NCBI GenBank assembly: GCA_047967505.1
Contig: CM106538.1
Direction: 5' to 3' (one strand)
DNA length: 64,000 nt
DNA from: Dipteris shenzhenensis
Taxonomy: Eukaryota
A program made the position numbers and the translations under genes. This document shows, piece by piece, positions 42,301 through 58,714 of the stretch. Below the pieces are notes generated by a model. It was not told the origin of the DNA, did not search any database, and saw only the letters and a program-made list of their open reading frames with translations. The first letter of the stretch is position 1, and each line of letters opens with the position of its first letter.

Positions 42301-44445
42301 TAAGTATTTTATGTGCATAATATCTTTTTCCTTCCAAATTTTTGAGTGAATTAGAAGCAACTAATCAACCATTGCTCGTGTGTTCAGTTCATATTACCTA
42401 CTAGCATTTCTCATAGTGCATTGAAGGATGTGAAGAATTGTATTTACAAGATGGGCGAGCTTGTGAGAGGTACTTTACAGGATACAAAATGTGAAGCGTA
42501 TCAATGCTCCATGCAAGGGTTTTCATATTGCTAATATGGTGTACTTTTTCCTTTCTAGGTATGTGAGCTCAAAGAAAATAGATCCCACCACACTTGAGAA
42601 TGCTCGAGTTATGTTAGTGGAGGTGGTTTGTTTAGTGGAGGAGACATTTTCACGTTCTATTCTCACAAGCCAACTACATCTCATAGTGCATTTGATGCAT
42701 GAGATTGCTATATGCGGTACTGTACATGCACGATGGTTGTTCTTCCTTGAGTGCTTCATGAAGACCTTCAAGGGTTTCGTGGAACAAAATGCAAGGCCCG
42801 AAGGTAGCATGGCCGAGGGTTGGTTGGTACAAGAGTCACTTGTATATATTTCAGAGTTTCTTGTTGATGTGGATACCTCTCTCCCATGACCATGGAGAGA
42901 TCATGATGACCTAAGAATGACCTCGATTGTGCCTCAAGGGAAAGGACAGAGCAAAGTAATAAACACAGAGTTGCTTATTTTTAATATCAACCTTTATTAC
43001 ATGCTTAATAGTGATGTGATGAAAAGATGGGTGACAAGATACGAGGATGTAAAGGCAAGAAGACAATGAGAAAGGGCCCTCTTTCATACACACCACGGAT
43101 CTCGTGTGCCATACCCTGAGCATCTAAGAGCACTTCCAAAGGATATTCATGTGGATTGGCTACTTGATGAAATGGAGAGAGTAGAGAGAGACGAAGGGAA
43201 GCATATCACAATGGAAGAATGGGAGTATGCTAGGGGATGCATGAGCAAGGTCGGTATATAGAATGCTATGCATAAGTTAGGAGCTTTCAACAATTTAGAT
43301 TACTTATTTAATTGATTTTTTTGTTCAATGCTCTATGGTGTGAGGGCAAACATTTTCAGACACAATGGATTGATGATAAGAGAAACACACAAGATTGCAG
43401 CATCATTGCTAGCTTTGAGGGAGCCAATGGAGCCATGGATGATTATTATCGCATAACCCAAGATATTATTAAGCTTGACTTTCAACACGTCTTTGTGTAT
43501 GTTTTGGATATAAAGTGGTTTAAGGATGTGGTGGAAAGAGGCCCTAATGCAACAATCAAACACCATGCAAGTGGCTTTGTAACTATTGACTCCACAAAGT
43601 TTTGGCAAAGTAAGAAGGGCACACTAGTACTACCGTAACAATGTGAACAGGTACCGTACACACATATAAAAAAACTCACTTTTAAATATTTGATACCTTT
43701 GATGCAAACAAAATAACATGATTGTATTTGTGTTTGAATTAGGTTTTCTATCAAGCAATGGTGGATAATAATAGGTGGTGGCATGTCATACCTACTATTA
43801 TGCCACGTTCCAAAGTGATGTATAGTACATTTACTAATATGGAGCGTATGGAGGATGATCATGGCCATGGAGGTGATGATGACCATGATACAAGAGAGGA
43901 GGATGATCATGAGATAGGAGATACAGATGTTGAGGCCATTACCCAAGGACAAGCCTACCATTGGTGATGCTGCTTTTGATGAGAACATGACTAGCACAAG
44001 TAGTAGTGGGCTGAATGTATTTGTAGATCTCAACACTGGTTTGGATTTTGAAGTAGATAGTTTGGCAAGGGTTGATCTCATTCAGGATGAGATTGAACCA
44101 TAGCCCATCATTGATATTGGCAAAACTATTTTACATATTATCTCATTCTCCTCACCTCACCTAATTTTTGTATATGTGGGTTTGCTAAAAAGCATTGATA
44201 TTTTTATTAAAATTATGTGCTTTGGTAATCATGAGCAATGTTTGGAAAGTAGTGATGTACATTTATCAGCCTGCACCAAAATCTCACTTTCTGTATTCTC
44301 TATTTTGCATCTAAATCGCGTCTAATTTGCAGTGCAGATGTGCTATTAGACACGCTTGTATTTCACTATTCTAGTAGTGCCTATAGACGTGCCCGCTATT
44401 TTGCGCATCTATCAAGCATGTCTATAGCTACTTTTTCTTGTTGTG
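39324..44445 (+). mobile_element. Near-complete decayed CACTA element with a spliced TnpD transposase pseudogene (~40070-43850)
   Basis: Transposase_21 motifs at 40800-41450; DUF4218-like CGTVHARWLFFLE..ARPEGSMAEGW at 42560-42889; DUF4216-like region at 43340-43638. 3' TIR TTTTCTTGTTGTG (44433-44445) is one mismatch from CACTACAAGAAAA. TAGA(T/C)GC-type subterminal repeats occur at both ends. The 5' end is degenerate and uncertain. Confidence 0.85.
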
Positions 44446-44479
44446 ATACATACATGCATGCATACACACACACACATAA

Positions 44480-44524
<45 letters not shown>

Positions 44525-45376
44525 GTGGCTTTGGTTTTCCTTTGTACTCCCTGAGGGTTTTTTCATTCGATATCTAGAGGGCCTAGTTTAAGTGGGAGTG
44601 TTAGACCTATATATAGCTCGCCCTAAATCCATCTAGTTCTAAATTGTATATGTGCCTCTGATATATCAATACAATCAACTTCTTCAAGGAGAAATCTTGT
44701 GTCTCACTCATCTCTTCCTCTCATTCCAACACCTATTGCATAGGTCTACTCCAACCCCCAATGTTACCTCAATCTTACACCAATCCCCCATAGCCTATTA
44801 CATGTGCAACATTTGTAGTCATGCTGGTAGTTAAGATGGAAAAAGTACAAAGTGGTACATTGGTAAAAAACTATTGTACGAGTATGATTTAGAAAATTGC
44901 TAAGTTTTTGCATGCACATGACCTTAGTGCCTTATCATAGTGCCTTTTATAGTTTCTAATGTAGTGTTGGATTGAGCCTCTTATTTGGATTTTAGGATAT
45001 AAAGCTTTCACGATAGTTAAGAAATTTATAAAGGTCCTCTGTAATAAAGTTCTCTTCTTGATCCATATGTAAGAAATTAATTCTTGGAATAGTTTTGAAC
45101 ATTTATTTGAATTCCCCAAAGTAGGCAACTAAACTTGGGATACTTTTTCATGAATTCATTTGAATTCCCCAAAGTAGGCAAGGAGAAATTAATAGCTTTA
45201 ATTTACAAGAAAGTTGGCTTTAGGACTATTCTTTGGAAAAAGAATTGCAAGTATCAATAGCTAACATTTGTCTAATGTCACATTTCAAATCAAGCTTCTC
45301 AATTTCATGTGGTTTAATTCTCAATTGACTCCAAAATCTTTACTTATATGCTTCCAAATAATGTGAAAAATCCCAC

Positions 45377-45427
<51 letters not shown>

Positions 45428-47605
45428 TCTTATTCAACATTCTTTTATCACATCATCCCTAATATCTAAATGAACCTCTCACGAATTACCGGGGTGTGAA
45501 AGAGATGCTCTTCAATTAATGAGAAAGAGATTTCAATTCAATCCGAGTGTGCCTCTCACGTATTACTTGCTTGTGGCTATTGAGATGAGAAGGAGATGCC
45601 CTTCAATCTAGTAAGGGGGGACATTTTGATTGGAAGGTTCCTTGAAGTTGAACTTTTTTGTAAACTCATGGATTTTTGTAGAAGAGAGAGGGAGCCAATA
45701 GCAAATCATGCAAAAGGATTGCATCATTGATTACATCATGGTAGAACCTCAAATCAAGACTAGTGATGCTCTATGTCCCAATTGTGTGGGCCATGCATGT
45801 CTGCCCTTGTTTTCAAATTTGACACGATGTGTATGATGCTTGCTTTCCTTCATGGACGAGATACCCATTAAAAGACTCATAGTCTTTGCATTTCCATACA
45901 TAGAGAATGATGTACACATCAACCCATTGAAAAGGAAGGCAAAGAATTTATGATTTCCTCAATTCTAAAAATTCATTGACTCACTTTATATGACAATGTT
46001 CCATATGAATCTTCTCTAGCCTCTTTTGCCAATAGCCCTACAAGAATGAATTGAGCAATATTGCATTCATGCAAACCAATGGTTTAAAAAAAACTTTCAA
46101 GGCATTGCATATGTGGTTAGAAGGGATGCAAAATAATTTATTTTCAAGGTATTGCATTTATAATTTGATCAGTTGTACTTGATGCCATATGATAGTGTGT
46201 AGAGTCCCGTGCGCCGCCCCTCTCCCTTGCATTGAGTTTGCAAATAGATACCCCTCATTCCTTAATTTACCCCAACAACCTGTTGCATAGGGTTACTCCT
46301 ACCCCCAATCTTACCTCATGCTTACCGTTATCCCCCACAACCTATCGCATGTGCAACAATTGTAGTCATGCTCATAGTTAAAATATCAAAAGTACAAAAT
46401 AGTATATTGGAAAAACATTTCTTGTAAGTGTATGATTTACAAGTATCATAAATAAGAAATAAATCATACGAAACATAATAGAAATATATCTAAATGGTGT
46501 GGTTTAACATAAGAAAATGACGGGCACATGCACACGTGTGCGCATGCGCATGTGTGTGTACGCGCGCGTGCATGTGTGTGGGTGGGTGGGCACTACACGG
46601 ATGTGCATGTGCATGATTGTGTTTGTGCGTGTGCACGCACGTGCACGCATGCCTATTCCACTTTTCCTAAATATGAATTTCATTTACTTAAATAGTGTAT
46701 TATAATATTAAAAAAGATTATAAGGACCTTTTCTAGAGAATCTCCATCTTGTTATAAGATTTGTCCATTCAAAATGAGAGTTTTTTTTAATAGATTGATA
46801 TCTAATCTTTCAGCTATGCTCACCTAGAGTCCTATATGTTTTCCAAAGTTAGTATGTTATTTTGGGAGAGCTTAGAAAATAGTATTGTACAATGGATTCA
46901 TTAGCTTTGGACGTTCCATGGTTCAACTTTGTAATTGGACTTTAGACAAGTCTAACATTATCAAACACTTGGTCTTTTCTAAAAGTCATTTTAAAAATTC
47001 CTTTTATAAGTGTGATTAAATAAAAATAGTATGAAATCTCCTAATATAATACCCTTTCTTATGAATGTACATGTTATTTTGCATATACCCCCTGTTACTA
47101 GATTGAATAACCCTACTTTTTAATGCTAAGTTTTTGCATGCACATGATCTTAGTGCCTTATCTCAGTGCCTTTTATAGTTTCTAATGTAGTGTTGGATTG
47201 AGACTCTTATCTGCATTTTAGGATATAAAGTTTCCATGCCAAGTTAGCAAATTTATTAAAGTCCTCTTTAATAAAGTTCTCTTTCTTGATATATAATCTG
47301 TACGAAATTGATTATTGGAATAGTTTTGAGAATTTATTTGAATACCTTCAATTTATAAGAAAGGTGGTTTCATGAGTATTATTTGGAAAAAGAATTGCAA
47401 GTATGAATGGCTAACATTTGTTTAATGGCTAACATTTGTTTGATGTCAAATTTCAAATCAAGCTTCTCAATCTCAAGTGGTTTTGAGTGTATAGTTCTCA
47501 ATTAACTCCAAAAATTTTATTTATTTGCCTCCAAATAATATGCGAAAGCCCACTAGGGAAGGCCCTTAATTTCACAAGTTAAATACCAGTGTGTGTGTGT
47601 AAGAG

Positions 47606-47651
<46 letters not shown>

Positions 47652-48759
47652 CTTTTATCACCATCCCTAATATCTAAGAGTACCTCTCACGAATCATTGG
47701 GGCGTGAAAGAGATGATGCTCTTTAGTTGATTAGAAAGAGATGCCCTTCAATCTAATTGTACCTCTCACTAATTACTTGCTTGCTATTGGGATGAGAAGG
47801 AGATACCCTTCAATTGAATAAGGGGGGACATATGGATGGAAGCTTCCTTGAAGTTGACCTTTTTTGCAAACTCATGGATTCTTGTAGAAGAGAGTCTAGG
47901 GCAACAATTTTGAAGCAAATCATACAAAAGGATTGCATCAATGATTATGTCATCATTAAGCAAGATCCCTCCTCAATAGTGATGCTCTATGTCCCAGTTG
48001 TGTGGGCCTTGCATGTCGGCCCTTGTTTTTTAATTTGACATGATGTGTAAATGCTTGCTTTCCTTGCTCAGAGGAGACAAACCCATTAAAGGACTCATAG
48101 TCTTTGCATGTCCCTACGTAGAGAATGATATACACATCAACCCAACGAAAAGGAAGGCAAAGAAGTTATGATTTCCTCAATTTTGAAAATTCACTAGTCC
48201 ATATGAAACTAGGATGAAACTCCTCTTTGGTCAAGAGCCCTACAAGAATGACTTGCCTACAAGACTGACTTGAACAATATCCCATTTAGTTACTTACAAT
48301 ATACTTATATACTTATAATATACTTACAATATACTTGGCAGCTGCCCAAGCATTCTAGTTACTTGGCCAACACTAGAGAACGCGACAAAGTATGTTTAAA
48401 ACAAGCTTTTGTAAATGTCCAAGCTTTTGTGACTGTCCGATCAAGGCAGAAAGTTTTCATGAACTTGGTGTCAATCTACGACATAGCAGCAACCACCGAG
48501 GGAGTAGGTGCTATATTAAACGTTGCATGTGCTGGTAAACTTGGTTTCCTGCCTTTATAAATTAGAGCCCCTCCCCCTCATTTCAGTACAACGCTCCCTT
48601 CATCTCGTCAGTCTCACCTTCATCATAGTAGAGCTTCTTTCACATTCATCATAGTAGAGCTTCCCAGTCACAACTACTCATCACCTTCATCATAGTAGAG
48701 CTTCCCGTTTCCCAACTACTCAATCCACCACCTACTTCTTCCTTCTCCACCCTTACCTT

Positions 48760-49140
48760 TGGGGGATAGCTACTGCAACGGATAAATGGATCAGAGCCAC
48801 GGATAGGACAAAGTAATTCTTAAAAGCAATCAAACACAGAGATGACAAAGCTAGGTCTCTTAGAACTCAAAAGCTTGAAGATCAACTGGATCTCCTTGAA
48901 CGGGACAACACTGATAAGGGACAAAGAAAAATGAGGGCAGTCAGAGCTAAACTCAAAGTAGAAGTAGAAATAGCAGCCAACCAGGCCAAGATTTACACTC
49001 GGGATTGGTGGGTGGGAAGAGCAGGGTGGGAAGAGCAGATAAGGCTAATGAGGATATGTTCAAAAGCGTAAGGAAAAAACATGCTAAAGAATCCCTAGAG
49101 GCTCTTCAAGTTGGAGAGAGACTCATCCAAGACTTGGTGA
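48760..49140 (+). mobile_element. 381-bp LINE ORF2-like fragment between two 224-bp copies of the OPR promoter/5' UTR (48536-48759 and 49141-49364)
   Basis: The flanking direct repeat TAAACTTGG...CCTTACCTT is read directly. The insert encodes AKIYTRDWWVGR..DKANEDMFKSVRKKHAKESLEAL, resembling the LINE EN-RT linker. Confidence 0.65.
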
Positions 49141-49262
49141 TAAACTTGGTCTCCTGCCTCTATAAATTAGAACCCCTCCCCCTCATTTCACTACACCGGT
49201 CCCTTCATCTCGTCAGTCTCACCTTCATCACAGTAGAGCTTCTTCCACATTCATCACAGTAG

Positions 49263-51030
<1,768 letters not shown>

Positions 51031-54000
51031 CCTTGCAACATGAGGAAAATAGAGGAGGTTACCGAAATCTCTTAATGCCAACCTCGATCGGTGTTCTCAT
51101 AGAGACATAGTAATAAGCTTGAAAGAGTGTGCTACTTGTGAAAGATAATTAATGTCACTATCCGACCGGGTCATCTACCTCTATCATTTCTGAATATGTT
51201 TCATCCATCACGCCTTGCAGCTACTTCACTCCTTCGTAGGAATCCTCTTCCGTCCTCACAAGCATGCAATCGAGAAGCGAATGTGCTGCGAGTCTTGCAC
51301 TACAGCTAACAACGAAAAGTTGCCTCGTTGGTCACCATAGGATTTACTCAATGCCTTCCATTGTCCTTCACAATCGTGTCTATATTTCCTCCATGTCCTT
51401 TTAGCATTTTCACCTTTAGCAAGGTTGTGGATGCCATTGTATGTCTTTGTGATGAGATACTTTGTACGACCTTACTTGATAATCGTCTCATAGTCGCCGC
51501 CATGCATTTCAATCAGATTGCCGCAGTTTTCGACAGAGTCTTGTGAAATGCTAACGAATTTTGCAACAATGTTGCATTGGTGTTTGGTTCGTTTTGATAG
51601 TTGCATGCATGTGTTGTGAAGACGAGCTTTGGTCCCATCCCCTCTGATCCTCATCCTCCCCCTCTCTTTGTCAAAGTCCTTACCTCTCTACTGAAATCTC
51701 CCACCCCAACATTTTTAGCAACGGCCACATCCGTTACAAACTCTTGAACGAATTCATTGAGGTCATCGACCCGATCGCTATCTCAGTTGTTGTTATCTCT
51801 TGAAGTACCTCTTTTTAGCTTCTTTTTTATTGAAGAAGTGGAGCAAGACTATGGTGGGAAGGCTTTTGTTATCAACTATTTAGCCGACATTTGAAAGAAG
51901 AGGGTCAATGTTTGCTTGGGTGTAGCCAATCGTAGAACTATTTTTCGGGGCCATTTTGGGGCTGCGACGCAACGTGTTGTGGGTGAGATTTTGAATTTTG
52001 CATCAACCCTCTCTCTCACCGAAATTTTTTCTAGTATTATGATTGCCACATTGGTGTAATAATGAGACATAATCTTATCATTGTCAATAGCGCAGAGCTC
52101 GACACATGCTCGGGGGGTGCACCAATAAGAAACCCTATGTATTGCGTGCATTCAAGGGGTATTTAAAAAACCACTCAACTAAAAATTTTCCTCCAATAAA
52201 ACCACCCCTCCTTACTTATATAAACTAATGGATTTTTTCATAAATTTGAATTTAGAAACCCCTCCTCTTATTGTAATCCTATTAATGTTTTTCCAAAAGT
52301 GCAATTAAATTACCTCTCCTTTTGAACGCACATGGTACACTAAAATTTTTGAGGTGAACCCCTGAGGACACATGGCACTACATGCATTTACTCATGAGCA
52401 CAGAGACTGTTGCTCTATCCTCCTTCGCACAATGTAGTCTCTGGCCTACTGACTACATCACATAGCTTTTGCCTTGCCACCTGTCATTGTGCAGCTTCGT
52501 CATCTGTCACTATACAACACAATCTTTTGTTGCACTGACCACTATGCTGGTTCGAGTAATACTGTTGGTATGGAGTGACCACCATGTTGGCTTGACTATA
52601 TCACATAACTTTTGCCTTACCACCTATCATTGCTCAACTTCCCCATCTATCACTACGCAACACAATCTTTTGTTGCACTGACCACCGTGTTGTTTCAGCA
52701 ATGATGTCAACAAGGAGAGACCACCACGTTGGCATGAAGACCACTATGGCATGTCAATCCCTAGAAAGAACCATATAAGGTCCATATCCATAACCACCAT
52801 GCTAGTTGTTGCAGCTATTTTAGCTCTAAACCAAGGAAAATATAGTCTTATTTTCGAGCTATTTTAGTCTTATTAGTCCTTGTGCAACAATTTCTCAACC
52901 ACCACAGTGCTTTTTGGAGCTGTTTTAGTTCCGAGCTATGGAAAATGTAGACATTTACAATTTATGATAGTTTCCTTACAACCGCCGCACTCGTTATTGG
53001 AGTTATTATAGTTCTAAACTAAGGAAAATATACTCCTATTTTGAAGCCAGTTTAGTCCTACTAGTCCTTGTGCAACAAATTTTGCAAGTTTTTGGAGCTA
53101 TTTTAGTGTTATTTTAGCTCCAAGGTAAGGAAAATGTAGTCCTATTTTAGAGCTATTTTAGTCCTTCTACAATAATTGCTTGTGAACAATTCGCATTGGT
53201 TGTAGTAAATCTTAAATGAAGGCATTTGTGAACCATTTTCACTACAATAACAATAGTTTTTTCAATAGTTTCTTGTGCAATGATCCCTATGGTTGCACTA
53301 AAATGTAAAAGAGGGAAAAAATATGCCATTAGTGCTTCTTTAGAGCCACTTTCACTACCAAAGTAATAGCAACAATAGTCTTTGCGATAATGGTACTACA
53401 TTGAAATTGAAACAAAATAAATTACATCCAATAGTTTTTGTGATAATAGAAATACATCGAAATTAAAACAAAAGAAATTCATTCAAAGCAAACATTTAAC
53501 AAAAGAGATTACATCCAAGATGCTAGCACTTTGTCTTTATGACACTTCTTTAAACACTTTCAGTACTTGTCAACAAGACTGTCCTAAACTAGCACAGTGG
53601 TTGAAAATTGTTTTGTTTCATTATATACTTTAATTAGACTGTGTTTTGCCTTCTTTTAGTAGCAGTAAAAAGGGGGCTCTTTATTCTATTTTTACTACAT
53701 ATTGGGTTAGTACATGGAGTTGTATCTGAAGTTTTTGGATCAGAATCCGAACATTTCAATAGGGTAGAGGAGCTTTGAGCATTGTAAGCCCTAGTACATC
53801 AGGAAACTTAAAGACAAGAATTTTTGTTGTTGCAAAACACACATAGAATTTGACTTGAGATCTAGTTGTGTTGGAGCATTGCTCTATGGAAATCGATGCC
53901 CATGCCTCCCCAATGAATACACAGTCTGTAGGCCACCAGAATCCTCATCATGTGTTGCAAGGGAGGGTAGGTTTTGTAGCCTAAGGTGTTTGTGGGAGCC

Positions 54001-54272
54001 ATTAGTTTGTCCAAAGGGAGACCATGAGTAGCACAGGATTGAATACATTCACAACACATGCAAGCATTATAGTTTGAAGCTAAAGAAGAAGACATTCAAT
54101 GTCCATCCAAATGAAATGAGGGAAGACAACCATGTTGCTCTAAAATGGAGGAGATTTAAAAATGTCAATGTTGAAGGATCTGATAAATAGGGATGGCTAT
54201 TGCATGTTTCCATTGATGCCCCATGATCAGTCTAGAATAAACCCAGAGAACCTCTAGCTACCTGGTAAGGCA

Positions 54273-56235
54273 AGCAAAGAATAGAAGACAACATACCCAA
54301 AAGAAGACAATGGAAAACCAAAGTGTGTGCAAGGTCACGTTGAGGTATGTGTGAGTTGCAGGGTGTTTGCAGGGCAGGGACAAGTTGCAGGTACTTGATC
54401 TTCCAAGATTTAATGGGCGGGAGGTGTGAAAGATCAAAATTCGTAGGAGTACCAAAATTTTAGTTGCCGATTTTCTCCCCTCCAACGATACGTGTCAACA
54501 GAATTAAATATCCCAAACAAGTGCAATGTGGCCTAAAATGCTTCAAAACACAAATAGGCCAAAGGGCATGGTATTGGGTTTGATGATGTGTATTACTAAA
54601 TGCAATGCCTTTGGCATGCTTATGAGCCATATAGCAAGCAAGTGCATCGATAAATAAACAATTCAAAATTGTAAATAGTGTTGGATTTATTAAAGTATCT
54701 TTTCACATGCACAAATTGCACTTTTTCAACTTCTTCCATTTTAGGGTGAATCTAGATACCAATACCAACAACTATCAATGTTTTAAGAACCCATATAGCA
54801 GTCCCACTAGCTTGAATTCCAAATTTTCAATCTGTTTTGGTTTTTAACAAATCCAAAGAAAGTTATAGAGCGTGCCCTCAAATGGGTATGCATCACTTTA
54901 GTACAACATTGGAGGCATGTTAACCCATGCATAATGTTCTCATTTAGGTTTTTGATGTGTAAGCTTGGTTGCATGTATGTATAGAACAAATTTTTGATGT
55001 TTTTGAATAAATTGCTATATCTCCCTTTATTTTTTTAAATCGACTAGAAGCCTGTGACTCCTTCCATCAAGTTATCTAGAGTGCAAGCTTCTCTACTCCA
55101 TTGATAAGCAAGGTGACATTTCTCGCCTTAGTGAATATTTCCCGTTGAGCTATTAAATCTCTAAATACTCAAGTGAAAAATAGCTCCACTATCAATTTCA
55201 CATCAGGGTCATTGTTCTCGTAGGTGTAGCCATTTATGGTGAGGTTCATGGAATTTTCTGTATGTAGGTAACTTCCATGACCCATAACTTATGCATTGCT
55301 CAATGGAATTGGGCAAACTTTATCTTCAAGTTGTAGATCCAAAATTGAACATGAGACTAAAAAATTATGGAGTAATGATTTGGAATGAGACCGTTAAACC
55401 ATTACAAGTGCTATGTTGCATGTGAAGCATGCATCCTGACGAGTATATGATATAGCAATTTATTCAAAAACATCAAAATTTTATTCTGAACATACATGCA
55501 ACCAAGGAATCATTCAAAAGTACATTACATGATATTTTCCTTAACCCAAGGACACACCTAAATGAGAACATTAGGTATGGCTTAATGGGCCTCCAAGATT
55601 GTGCTAAAATGATGCACACCCATTTGAGGACACACTCAATAACTTATTTTTGATTTGTTGAAAACCAAAATGGATTGAAAATTTGGAGTCCAAACTAGTG
55701 GGACTACTACATGATGGTTTAGAACATTGATAGTTGTTGCTATTGGTATCTGGGTTCACCCTAAAATGGAAGAAGCTGCAAATGTGCAATTTGTGCATGT
55801 GCAAAGATCTTTTAATAAATCCAACACTTTACAATTTTGAATTGTTTCTTTTTTCATGCACTTTCTTGCTATATCACTCATAAGCATGCCAAAGGTCATT
55901 GCATTTCATAATACATAGCATCAAATCCGATAGTGTGCCCTTTGGCCTATTTGCATTTTGAAGCATTTTAGGCCACATTGCTTTTGTTTGGCATATCCAA
56001 TTTTGCTGACCTGTATTGCTGGAGGGGGGAAACCCAACGATGGCTGATAATTTTGCTACTCCCATGAATTTTGAATTTTTGCACCTTCTGCCCATCGGAT
56101 CTTGGAATATTAAGTACTTCCAATGTACCCCCGCCCTGCAAACACCCTGTAACCCACATGCACCTCGACATGACCGTGTGTGGACTTGGGTTTGGCATTT
56201 TCTTCTTTTAGGTAAGTTGTCTTCTATTCTTTGCT
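54273..56235. repeat. Diverged inverted repeat: arms ~54273-55021 and ~55449-56235, spacer ~430 bp
   Basis: For example GCAATGTGGCCTAAAATGCTTCAAAA (~54523) vs TTTTGAAGCATTTTAGGCCACATTGC (~55956), and TTTTGATGTTTTTGAATAAATTGCTATATC vs its complement at 55449. Confidence 0.9.
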
Positions 56236-57211
56236 CGTATCACAAGCTAGCTTCTTTGGCTCTATTCTGGACTCATCGTGGCCATGGCATCAATGGCAAC
56301 ATGCAGATTGCCATGGCTTGCAAGAGAAGCAGACAGAGGTTGCGAGACAGGAAAGTTGAAAAGCTTGGTCAAGACACAAGGAACATATTCCGAGTCAAGG
56401 AAAGCAATGGTATGGTATCGAAAGGGCAATGAAAGACACTTGCAATGTTTGCGAAGGGAGAAACAATGAGAAGAAAGAAAACTCCTTGTAGAGCAGCAAC
56501 AGGAAGTAGTTGTAGATGCATGCATTCGATCATTGCCATCAGAGTGAAGAACATGAGGTGTGGTGTCATGATTGGTGGGAGCATTCGAAGCAGCAACATC
56601 AAGCCATTCAGGTGAATACCAGTCTCGAGTCTTCACAAGCTTTAGCCTACACCTTAAAGTTTATAGAGTAACAACCCTACCAACACCTCGGGAGATGCAT
56701 GCCAAAGAGGCGGTGCTCTCTAACTTGAGAAATGGCCTACAGAAAGTGAAAGGGGTACACGACTTAGATTAACTAGCAGCAAAGAGGGAGACATTAGGTA
56801 TGTTATTGTCCCTTGACGCAAAGGAGAAACGGCTTGGGCACATAATGTCAAAGATGTTGTCAATCAAAAGGACTTTCATGGCTCCAATGGTTGAACATAG
56901 AGCAAAAGCAATGCACGATAATTTCGATCTGAGAAGTCTATGGGCTTCAACAAAATGCAAAAAAACAAGGGACACTCTAAGTGCGAAAGTCATTGCTAGA
57001 ATAACAATGTTTTGGCATGAAAATACGAGAGTTCCTGCAAATAGAAAGGACATATGTAAAAAGTGGACAAGATGCAAGGTGTTTGACTAGCACATCATAC
57101 ACATGCTTGATACAATGCAACTCAATGGTGCCTAAACTAGCCCGGTGGTTGTTTGTGATTGAGCTTTGAGCTAGTTTACTTTTTTCATTTCTAAACCAGG
57201 CTTGGACTAAA

Positions 57212-57606
57212 TGTGATTGTCCTAAACCAACCCAGTGTTTGGAACATCATGCAACCGTGGTGGCTGGTCCAGCTCAAACACGAGTTATGTGATTGTCCTA
57301 AACCAGCTTGGATCAACAAAAATTAATAGTAACAGATTTTGCAACAGAACAATAATATATTGTTATTGTCCTAAAATAGCTCGATGGTTGGGACATCATG
57401 AAACTGTGGCTGGTTCAGCTCAAACACCAATTATGTGATTTTCCTAAATCAGCGTGGTCGAGCAAAAATTACTAGCAATATATTTTGCAATAGAATAGTA
57501 ATATATTGTTATTTTACTAAACCAACTTAGTGGTTGGAACATCATGCAATCGTGGCTGGTTCAACTCAATCACCAGTTATGTGATTGTCTTGAACTAGCA
57601 TGGTTG
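57212..57606 (+). repeat. ~148-bp tandem repeat, ~2.6 copies
   Basis: GGAACATCATGCAA..GTGGCTGGTTCAGCTCAAACACCAGTTATGTGATT recurs three times. Confidence 0.85.
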
Positions 57607-58714
57607 AAAAGACATTAGTTGTTGACCATGATGAAAGCATGGATAGGTGGTTCAAAAAGTGGTGTCATTGACTTTTCTTTGTCCTGCGCTAACAAGTAGT
57701 ACTAAGAATGTGCTAGTAGTAAGAGTGAATGTAAGGTAGTAATGAGTAAGAATAATGGGTAGTGGTGAGAATGATGAGTACTGGTTAAAAAAGAGTGGGA
57801 AACTATTATTTCTGTTTCCTCGTTGCACGCTGTGCAGTGGTCATGTATGCATGCGCTCATTGGAGACATCTAAGTTGAAAAAATGCAACTAGAGTTTGCA
57901 AAAATTTTGATCCTCAAGATTTTTGAATGATATTGAGTTTGATAAATATAATATTGAAAAAAGATGTCGAATCCTCAAGCAGTCCAGGTTCCGAGGTCGG
58001 GGTCCACTTACCTGCCACCATCTAAACAAACTAGGTGTTAGAACATCATAGTTACATTTGGGAAGACAAGTAATGCATGTTTTCCCCACCTTGTTATCAC
58101 TTTACCTAGGAATATAGACAACCATATGGATTCTTAAGTGAAGTTTAAGTCACAAGTGGAGTAAGGAGCGAATGAGTGCATGGCTTAAGAAGGGATTAGA
58201 GGAGGTATGGGATGATTAGTGGGCTTGGTATGTGGGGTGGTTAAAAAGAAAGTGTAAAGGGAAGATTTCACGGGGGTACATAAAAGAATAATTCATAGTG
58301 AGGGAAGTATTCATGTGTGTGTTTGTGTGTAAAGAAATAAGTGTCTATGTGTGTGAGATACATGTACTAATCAAGTTTATGGGGTGTGTCTGTGTGCACG
58401 CGCTCATATTGTACGTTGTGGTGTGATAAGAAATCTTTTTTTTCAAGCTTCCTGGCCTCTTTAAGCTCATGCGTCAATGTCCATCAGCTTCTATGCTTCC
58501 TTTAGCTTGATCATTAGCTTTCTTGCCTTCAGCTTCCTCGACTCCTTCCACGCTCAGCTCTGTCGTCAACTTCCATAGCTTCCCTACCTTCAACTTTCTC
58601 ATCTTCTTCCTCTTCTTGTACTTTCTTGTCTTCTCTACCTCCTCCCTTGGATTGAATCTGTCACCCTCATTCTTTGTATCTCTCTACGACACATATAGAA
58701 AGTGCACTTCATAA

